15,520 bases of DNA from Candidatus Hermodarchaeota archaeon (GTDB taxonomy: Archaea > Asgardarchaeota > Thorarchaeia > Thorarchaeales > Thorarchaeaceae). The stretch covers positions 1 to 15,520 of the forward strand of contig JBHLLF010000053.1 in the NCBI GenBank assembly GCA_048885865.1. The letters are read 5' to 3'. The notes under the pieces were generated by a model. That model was not told where the DNA came from. It worked only from the letters and a program-made list of their open reading frames with translations, and did not search any database. Below are positions 1-6,451 of this stretch, piece after piece. Within the stretch, counting starts at the first letter, position 1; each line of letters begins with the position of its first letter. The position numbers and the translations under genes are program-made.

Positions 1-123
1 GTGGTGAATATTGCTCCCACAACTCCTGAAGAAATGAGAACCATCTTGGATGCGAGGTCCACTGATATAACTGATGAGCAAATCGACGAGATAGTGGACA
101 TTGTAAAGAAAATTGTATCTTAA
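1..123 (+). CDS. rpo4: RNA polymerase subunit Rpo4/RpoF, C-terminal part (5'-truncated by window)
   Basis: Frame 1 reads VVNIAPTTPEEMRTILDARSTDITDEQIDEIVDIVKKIVS-stop (TAA 121-123), matching the HRDC-like C-terminus of Rpo4 (P-x-T-x-EE-x-R-x-IL). It lies directly upstream of DUF655-rsmA, the usual archaeal order. Not in the ORF track. Confidence 0.85.
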   Translation: MVNIAPTTPEEMRTILDARSTDITDEQIDEIVDIVKKIVS

Positions 124-160
124 CTCCTTTCGCGGTTCCTCAATCACCTTGAAGTAACAC

Positions 161-168
161 TTTTTATC
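161..168 (+). promoter_or_regulatory. Putative TATA box for DUF655-rsmA-hemK
   Basis: TTTTTATC in the 103-nt spacer, about 60 nt before ATG 227. It could alternatively be a U-tract terminator. Confidence 0.35.
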
Positions 169-226
169 CGTTCAGAACAGACTATTGCCTAATGATGTGG
201 CCTTACAGAGCCGGACGTGAATTGAA

Positions 227-823
227 ATGGAAGGACAACAAGACAGAACATTTGAAACACATGCATATGTCTTGTCAGTCGTTTCTCCGAAAATGTATCT
301 CCGCGACTCTAGGCCCAGAAGTGAAACTATTGTACAAGGAATAGGCGAGTCATTCTTCACACTGTTAGAAATGGTGCCACATCGGGGAGCTAACCTTCAT
401 CCTCAAGAACGTCTTTCTATCGAGAGGGACGCACGAAGCAAAATAGATCACATAAAACGTCGAATCTTCTATGAGGACTTGGCGCCAGAGAGTGAATCCG
501 AACTTCCTCTGGTTGTGGAGATTATCGTGACCAAACATGAACACAAGTACGTTCAATTCTTCAACGAAGCGGCACCCATAACCACAAGACTCCATTCCCT
601 CCAGCTATTACCAGGAATCGGCCAGACATTGATGTGGGCACTGTTGGATGAGAGGAAGAAAGAACCGTTCAAGAGTTTTGAAGATATAGCCGCCAGAACC
701 AAGCTTCAGAACCCGAAGAAGGTCCTCACGGGTAGGATTATCGACGAACTCCAAGAGGACGTCAAACGTTGGCTGTTTGTAAGGCCTCCCAGACGCGACG
801 ACGAAAGAGAACGACCCAGGTGA
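227..823 (+). CDS. DUF655 family putative nucleic-acid-binding protein (OB fold + helix-hairpin-helix)
   Basis: Motifs QGIGESFFTLLE, FFNEAAPITTRLHSLQLLPGIG (HhH) and PFKSFEDI; conserved position between rpo4 and rsmA. Confidence 0.92.
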   Translation: MEGQQDRTFETHAYVLSVVSPKMYLRDSRPRSETIVQGIGESFFTLLEMVPHRGANLHPQERLSIERDARSKIDHIKRRIFYEDLAPESESELPLVVEIIVTKHEHKYVQFFNEAAPITTRLHSLQLLPGIGQTLMWALLDERKKEPFKSFEDIAARTKLQNPKKVLTGRIIDELQEDVKRWLFVRPPRRDDERERPR

Positions 824-1698
824 GACTCCTGACCGAAGAACGCATCCGCTCTCTTCTTCGCAAATTCAACGTCACTCCTGACAAGAATCTAGGTCAAAGC
901 TTCTTGGTCAATCCTGCCACATCTCTAAAAATCATTGAGAGTGCCAATCTTGACTCAGACACTACTGTCCTTGAGATCGGTGGTGGCCTTGGCATGTTGT
1001 CTGAGAGACTAGCAGAAAGTGCAGGCAAAGTCTATGTCGTTGAAGTCGACGAAAGACTAGTCCTAGCGCTTCGAGAAATATTGGAAAACTACCCCAATGT
1101 CGATATCATCCAAGGCGATGCACTCACAGTGGACCTTCCTGATGTGGATAGAGTGGTATCGAATCTTCCGTATAGCATCTCTTCGCCGATTACATTCAGA
1201 CTGCTGGAGGAGGTCAAGTTTGAGTTTGCAATTCTCATGTATCAGAGTGAGTTTGCTCAGAGGCTGATTGCAGAGCCCGGGAGTTCCAACTACTCCAGAC
1301 TCTCAGTGGATGCTCAATATTTGGCCAATATAAAAGAGGTAATGCATGTCCCAGCAACTGATTTCTACCCAATTCCTGCTGTCGATTCAACGGTTGTCAG
1401 AGTCGAAGTCCGTAAGGAGGGCCCCTTTGCTCAGGACAGAAGGATACTGTTCTGGCTGGTTCACGGCATCTATTCCTATCCAAACAAGGTGCTCAGAAAA
1501 GCCCTCAGAATTTGGATGAAGAACTTGAAACTAGAAAGGAAATTGGCTGACGACATCGTTGGAAGGGCCGCAGGGATTATAGAGGGTACCGAACGACTCA
1601 GAGTGCTGAATCAGGAGAAAATCATCATCTTGGCTGACATAATCCTTGATTTGATAGAGGAAGGCCAAATCCCAGACCCAAGAGGGAATTCCGGTTGA
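820..1698 (+). CDS. rsmA: 16S rRNA m6,2A dimethyltransferase (KsgA/RsmA/Dim1)
   Basis: K-x-LGQ-x-FL, SAM motif VLEIGGGLG, VVSNLPYSISS, MYQSEFAQRL, YSRLSV, FYP-x-P-x-VDS. Start moved from the track's TTG 769 to the in-frame GTG 820, which overlaps the DUF655 stop (GTGA). Confidence 0.95.
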   Translation: MRLLTEERIRSLLRKFNVTPDKNLGQSFLVNPATSLKIIESANLDSDTTVLEIGGGLGMLSERLAESAGKVYVVEVDERLVLALREILENYPNVDIIQGDALTVDLPDVDRVVSNLPYSISSPITFRLLEEVKFEFAILMYQSEFAQRLIAEPGSSNYSRLSVDAQYLANIKEVMHVPATDFYPIPAVDSTVVRVEVRKEGPFAQDRRILFWLVHGIYSYPNKVLRKALRIWMKNLKLERKLADDIVGRAAGIIEGTERLRVLNQEKIIILADIILDLIEEGQIPDPRGNSG

Positions 1699-2279
1699 AG
1701 TTCAATAACAAGAGGATAGAGGTCGACGAAGGTGTTTATCCACCCTCTGAAGACACCTACCTTCTGCTAGATGCCATAGAACTGATGCGTGATGATTCAT
1801 TCCTGGAGGTTGGATGTGGAACGGGCCTGATTTCTGTGGCTGCTGCCGAAGTCGCCAAGATAGTGGTAGCAACTGATCTGTCATTAAAAGCTGTCAGGAA
1901 CACGCATCGGAACCTGAAGGGCAATTTGATGGATATACCGTGCATCGTCATTCAATCTGATCTTCTTGGCGCTATAGCAAAAGATGCAAGATTCTCTGTC
2001 ATCGCATTCAATCCACCCTACCTTCCTCAGGACGGGGTCGTGACGGACATGGACCATGCGCTCGTGGGAGGCACTATTGGGGTAGAACTCACTGAGAGGT
2101 TCATCCTTCAGGCAATCTCGCATCTTGAAGAGAATGGACGAATCTACGTTGTTGTATCAAGTCTGGCAGATATCAAGCGTGTTTCAGACTTCATGAGAGC
2201 GCATGGGCTTCAGGTCAATGTTATAGCAGAGACGCAACTGTTCTTTGAATCAATACATGTATTGCGCGGAACCGCATGA
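1695..2279 (+). CDS. HemK2/PrmC (MTQ2-like) class I SAM methyltransferase, putative release-factor glutamine methyltransferase
   Basis: VYPPSEDTYLL, LEVGCGTG and FNPPY motifs; the TTG start overlaps the rsmA stop (TTGA). Confidence 0.9.
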   Translation: MKFNNKRIEVDEGVYPPSEDTYLLLDAIELMRDDSFLEVGCGTGLISVAAAEVAKIVVATDLSLKAVRNTHRNLKGNLMDIPCIVIQSDLLGAIAKDARFSVIAFNPPYLPQDGVVTDMDHALVGGTIGVELTERFILQAISHLEENGRIYVVVSSLADIKRVSDFMRAHGLQVNVIAETQLFFESIHVLRGTA

Positions 2280-2345
2280 GAGGGCTGCACGGACACCTTT
2301 TTATGAAACCCTTATCCACTGGCGAGAGAAGCGAGAGGGATTTGC

Positions 2346-3170
2346 ATGTCTGAGAAGAAGCCTAAGAAGACAGCAGCTAAAAAGACCACCAAAAAGAAAG
2401 CGGCACCAAAGAAGACTACTAAAAAAACTGCTCCAAAGAAGAAGAAGGAAACTACGGTCATGGAGGGCAGTCTGATATACGTAGACTATGTCGCGAGAAC
2501 TAAGGATGACGGCATGATCTTCGATCTTACGCTTGAGGAGGTCGCAAAAGCAGAGAATCTCTACAGCGAAAAGGACCGCTATGAGCCAATCCTTGTGGCT
2601 GTTGGTTCAAACTGGTTGCTGGAGGCCATTGAAGAAGCGCTAGTTGGCATGAAGGTCGATGAGAGTAAGACAATAAGCGTCCCTCCAGAGCGCGGCGCGG
2701 GAAAGCGAGACCCCTCACTTGTGAAGAAGATTGCGAAGATGCGTCTTGAGAAACAGGGGGTCCGGATTCAAAAGGGCGAGAGGGTCACAGTAGGGAGAGA
2801 GCAGGGAGTCATAACCCAAGTTCTAGGGAGGACTGCCATACTCGATTTCAATCCGCCATTGGCTGGAAAGACCCTTGTATTCGATGTGACGGTAAAGGGA
2901 ATAATCAGCGACCCGAATGACAAGATCATGGCTGTTCTCAAGAGAAGACTCCCAGGGGTACCTCCAGACAAGTATTCGGTGACAATAAAGGGGAAGACCA
3001 TTACAATCGAGTTCCCAAAGGAATCACGCTACATCCAGGACTTCCAATATGCTGAGATTGGAGTCGCAATGGATGCCTTGAAGGTCATCCCCAATGCCGA
3101 GAAAGTGATGATGGTTGTGACCTATGAGCGGCCCGAACCTCCACCAGGAGAGGATGCATCTAGCGGTTAG
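2346..3170 (+). CDS. slyD: Long-type archaeal FKBP peptidyl-prolyl isomerase/chaperone (SlyD/FKBP26-like) with Lys-rich N-terminal tail
   Basis: YVDY...IFDLT, P-ILVAVG...EEALVGMK-x-DE...PPE, IF insert domain, DFNPPLAGKTLVFDV, and an extra C-terminal domain. Confidence 0.88.
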   Translation: MSEKKPKKTAAKKTTKKKAAPKKTTKKTAPKKKKETTVMEGSLIYVDYVARTKDDGMIFDLTLEEVAKAENLYSEKDRYEPILVAVGSNWLLEAIEEALVGMKVDESKTISVPPERGAGKRDPSLVKKIAKMRLEKQGVRIQKGERVTVGREQGVITQVLGRTAILDFNPPLAGKTLVFDVTVKGIISDPNDKIMAVLKRRLPGVPPDKYSVTIKGKTITIEFPKESRYIQDFQYAEIGVAMDALKVIPNAEKVMMVVTYERPEPPPGEDASSG

Positions 3171-3195
3171 GCCGCTTTTACACCACTTAGAAACG

Positions 3196-3205
3196 TTTTT
3201 AAAAA
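3196..3205 (+). promoter_or_regulatory. Putative TATA box for psmB-aCPSF1
   Basis: TTTTTAAAAA preceded by purine-rich AGAAAC (BRE-like), about 60 nt before ATG 3267. Confidence 0.55.
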
Positions 3206-3266
3206 GAAATTCGGACCTCGAGTCTGTCACTAGTTCTCCTGCTTTAATCTGCATACAGGGAGTTCA

Positions 3267-3908
3267 ATGAACATGGAACAACCAACGCAGGCACCTAATC
3301 AACTGAAAACCGGAACCACAACTGTAGGTCTAACGGCCAAGGACTGCACAGTCCTGGCCAGCGACACGAGAGCCACAATGGGCTTTCTAATCGCTAATAA
3401 GACTGCAAAGAAGATTTACAAGATAACCGACCGAATTGGTGCTACAATCGCAGGGTCGGTAGCCGATGCGCAGAATATCATGGATCTGCTTAAGGCAGAA
3501 GCCAAGCTATTTGAGATTCAGCGCGGTCGACCAATGCGAGTGAAGGCCTTGACTCGTCTATTGAGCAACATTCTGTTCTCAGGACGCGGCTACTACATGT
3601 TAGGCTGTGTTGTGGGAGGCTTTGACGAGGACGGCCCACAGGTCTACTATCATGACTTCATTGGCTCTGTACTTACCGACAAGTACGTAGCCACAGGTTC
3701 GGGCTCCCCAGTTGCACTCGGTGTTCTAGAAGCAGAATACAAGGAGAATTTCCCCAAGGCAAAAGCCATCGAACTGGCTGTGCGCGCAATCGCCTCTGCT
3801 ATAGAGAGAGATGCTGCCACAGGAAACAACATTCTTGTCAGCGTAATAGACAAAGATGGTTACCAGGAGCTGCCTGCAGAGAAGATCCTGAAGATGTGGA
3901 AGAAATAG
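3267..3908 (+). CDS. psmB: 20S proteasome subunit beta
   Basis: Propeptide ending KTG|TTTVG (catalytic Thr1), ASDTRAT, AGSVADAQ, ATGSGS, RDAATG. Adjacency to aCPSF1 is typical of archaea. Confidence 0.97.
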   Translation: MNMEQPTQAPNQLKTGTTTVGLTAKDCTVLASDTRATMGFLIANKTAKKIYKITDRIGATIAGSVADAQNIMDLLKAEAKLFEIQRGRPMRVKALTRLLSNILFSGRGYYMLGCVVGGFDEDGPQVYYHDFIGSVLTDKYVATGSGSPVALGVLEAEYKENFPKAKAIELAVRAIASAIERDAATGNNILVSVIDKDGYQELPAEKILKMWKK

Positions 3909-3924
3909 TGACTGTGTTTGTATG

Positions 3925-3999
3925 GTTCGCACCGTGCGAACAACACTGGTGAAACAGTGTCCCCCCTTTGGGCACTTGACGTTTCAGTAGCCAAAAGGG
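3925..3999. other. Three consecutive hairpins in the psmB-aCPSF1 spacer (candidate structured RNA)
   Basis: GTTCGCA-ccg-TGCGAAC (3925-3941); ACACTG-gtgaaa-CAGTGT (3943-3960); CCCTTTgGGC...GCCaAAAGGG with an inner stem (3964-3999). Confidence 0.6.
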
Positions 4000-4022
4000 A
4001 GTATTTGTGAAGTGACTTTAGA

Positions 4023-5936
4023 ATGACTTCTGCCGAAAAAACAGAACACGTAGATATTCGAGAGAGTGTTAAGAAGGCACTCCCCCGTTCAGCAGCGGTT
4101 ACCTCCGTTGAGTATGAAGGGCCTGAAATTGCCATCTACTCAAAAGCACCAAAGATCCTCTTGGATGATGGAGACAAAATCAAGGCCCTGGCTCGTAAGA
4201 TGCGGAAACGTCTTGTTGTCAGATCTGCTCCAGAAGTTAGAGTAGGCCATGAAGAGGCAGAAGAGGCAATCAAGAATCTGGTGCCTGCAGATGCTGAAAT
4301 CACATCGATTGATTTCGATATATCAAGAGGCGAGGTCATCATTGAGGCGCAAAAGCCCGGACTTGTAATTGGCAGGAGCGGCGCCACTCTTCGAGAGATC
4401 ACAAGAAGAACATTCTGGCGACCAAGCGTCATGAGAACGCCTCCCATCGAGAGCAAACTGATTAAGCAGATTCGTTACATAGTTCAGTCAGAGGCAGCTT
4501 ACCGAAACAAGATCTTCAGGGATATCGGAAGGAGAATCCATCGGCCCCCTCTGTTGAACAATGGTTGGATTCGACTCACTGCATTTGGTGGCTTCAAAGA
4601 GGTTGGCAGACAGAGCATGTTCTTACAGACGTCGGAGAGCAACATACTCATTGAGTGTGGGGTGAATGTTGGTACGCCAAGCAAAGCTTATCCACGTCTA
4701 GACATGCCCGAATTCAATCTCGATGAGCTGGACGCAGTAATAGTCACTCACGCCCACCTTGACCATTGCGGAATGGTACCCTTTCTATTCAAGTATGGCT
4801 ACAGAGGGCCAGTCTACATGACTGCACCCACTCTGAATCTAGCCACGCTTCTTCAGCTAGACTATCTTGATGTTGCTGAGAGAGAAGGGAAGCTCAGGCC
4901 CTATCGAGATAGGGACGTCAAGGAAGCAATCCTTCACACAGTGACATTGAACTATGGAGAAGTCACTGACATAGCACCTGATGTGCGACTCACCCTTCAT
5001 AATGCAGGACACATACTTGGGTCTGCAATTGTCCACCTTCACATTGGAGACGGCCAGTACAACTTGGCATACACAGGCGACTTCAAGTTTGGGCGAACAC
5101 GATTGCTTGAGCCAGCCACCTTTACGTTTCCGCGCCTTGAAACCCTCATAGTTGAGAGCACATATGGCCATCCGACAGACAAGATGCCACCACGACAGGA
5201 AGTGGAACGTAAGTTTGCATCAATCATCAAAAGAACGGTAGAACGAGGCGGCAAAGTCCTGATTCCGGTGCTTGCCGTGGGTCGGGCACAGGAGATCATG
5301 TTGGTCTTGGAAGACCTTGTAACAAAGAAACGAGTTCCCAAGATACCAGTATACATCGAGGGAATGATCGCCCAAGCGACAGCGATACACACCACTCACC
5401 CAGAGGCGCTAAGCAAGAAAATCCGTGAGATGATCTTTCACCAGGGAATCAATCCATTCCTTAACGAGATATTCGTGCAAGTGGACAGCCATGAACAACG
5501 CGAGGAGATAGTGGAAGGAGAGCCTTGTGTCATAATGGCCACGTCTGGAATGTTGGCAGGAGGGCCAAGTGTGGAGTACTTCAGACTGCTGGCACCTGAT
5601 GAAAAGAATACGCTATGTTTTGTGAGCTATCAGAGCCCTCAGACGCTTGGTAGTAGAATCCAGAAAGGCTGGAAAGAGATTCCGATGAGAAATCGCGATG
5701 GACAACAGGTCATAGTTCCAGTGAATCTGGACGTAGCTACTGTCGAGGGATTCTCTGGGCACTCGGACCGGAAACAGATCCTCAATTTTGTGAAACGTGT
5801 TAATCCTGCTCCAGAAAGAGTCCTCACCTGCCATGGAGAGGCAACGAAATGTCTGAATCTGGCATCAACCGTTCATAAGGCTCTAAATATCGATACCAAA
5901 GCCCTCAGCGTCACGGAGAGTATCAAGCTCCGATAG
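4023..5936 (+). CDS. fttA: Beta-CASP ribonuclease aCPSF1 / transcription termination factor FttA
   Basis: 637 aa; two N-terminal KH domains (YEGPEIAIY, KPGLVIGRSG), metallo-beta-lactamase THAHLDH, NAGHILGS, YTGD, ESTYG, AVGRAQE, ATSGML, FSGHSD, HGE. Confidence 0.97.
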   Translation: MTSAEKTEHVDIRESVKKALPRSAAVTSVEYEGPEIAIYSKAPKILLDDGDKIKALARKMRKRLVVRSAPEVRVGHEEAEEAIKNLVPADAEITSIDFDISRGEVIIEAQKPGLVIGRSGATLREITRRTFWRPSVMRTPPIESKLIKQIRYIVQSEAAYRNKIFRDIGRRIHRPPLLNNGWIRLTAFGGFKEVGRQSMFLQTSESNILIECGVNVGTPSKAYPRLDMPEFNLDELDAVIVTHAHLDHCGMVPFLFKYGYRGPVYMTAPTLNLATLLQLDYLDVAEREGKLRPYRDRDVKEAILHTVTLNYGEVTDIAPDVRLTLHNAGHILGSAIVHLHIGDGQYNLAYTGDFKFGRTRLLEPATFTFPRLETLIVESTYGHPTDKMPPRQEVERKFASIIKRTVERGGKVLIPVLAVGRAQEIMLVLEDLVTKKRVPKIPVYIEGMIAQATAIHTTHPEALSKKIREMIFHQGINPFLNEIFVQVDSHEQREEIVEGEPCVIMATSGMLAGGPSVEYFRLLAPDEKNTLCFVSYQSPQTLGSRIQKGWKEIPMRNRDGQQVIVPVNLDVATVEGFSGHSDRKQILNFVKRVNPAPERVLTCHGEATKCLNLASTVHKALNIDTKALSVTESIKLR

Positions 5937-5938
5937 CA

Positions 5939-6340
5939 TTAAAGCTTGACAAACGATGGAGCGACAATTACGCATGTATCATTGACCAAAGCAATATCAG
6001 CTTGATAGATGCGAGTTTCTCCTCGAACTCGCTCTATGATTCGTTTTAGTTCGAGGTGTGTCTTTTCTTTTCCGTCATTTAGCCGAGATATGTCAAGCAG
6101 TACTATATTCCCTTGGCGAATCTGATTCACAATATACGGTACATCTTCAAGAGAGGCGAGGCGTTTTGACCTGACAAAAATGGACTCCAATTCAGCCAGT
6201 CTTCTGCAGTCGCGTGTCGGGTCAATTTCTGAGTTATCCATAACAGGAGAGAAGATTCCGAGTCCAGGATATTTCGGCTTGGTCTCGGTCTCAGTTGGGG
6301 TTGTGACATCCTTACTCTTGAGTCTAGACAAGAATCTCAA
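5939..6340 (-). CDS. sepF: Cell division protein SepF (archaeal type)
   Basis: N-terminal amphipathic MRFLSRLK, a linker, then the core IRQGNIVLLDIS...LKRIIERV...DIALV...VIVAPS-x-VKL. The TTG start has SD GAGGTGA 6 nt upstream on the minus strand. Confidence 0.85.
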   Translation of the reverse strand: MRFLSRLKSKDVTTPTETETKPKYPGLGIFSPVMDNSEIDPTRDCRRLAELESIFVRSKRLASLEDVPYIVNQIRQGNIVLLDISRLNDGKEKTHLELKRIIERVRGETRIYQADIALVNDTCVIVAPSFVKL

Positions 6341-6425
6341 CTTGATTCACCTCATGTCTATTGCATGGGAGAATCATACTAAGAAAAGACCGAGTATTAT
6401 GACGCCTCGTCTTTGGTGAACAACA

Positions 6426-6432
6426 TTTATAC
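6426..6432 (+). promoter_or_regulatory. Putative TATA box for the helicase gene
   Basis: TTTATAC about 20-30 nt before the GTG 6452/ATG 6461 starts, consistent with a nearly leaderless transcript. Confidence 0.45.
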
Positions 6433-6451
6433 TCCCTCTCGGCATCAATGA

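Noticed and set aside
769-819. Track's N-terminal extension of rsmA from TTG 769
   Set aside because: It overlaps DUF655 by 55 nt and has no KsgA-like content. GTG 820, coupled to the upstream stop, is more plausible.
3909-4022. tRNA or tRNA-like reading of the three-hairpin spacer
   Set aside because: No acceptor stem, T-loop (TTCRA) or D-loop consensus on either strand.
4640-4670. aCPSF1 motif 1 reads IECG rather than the usual DCG
   Set aside because: A conservative single change with all other metal-binding motifs intact; no reason to infer altered function.
6344-6375. Weak hairpin overlapping the sepF SD (GATTC...CATG...CATG...GAATC)
   Set aside because: Short interrupted stems, within chance expectation.
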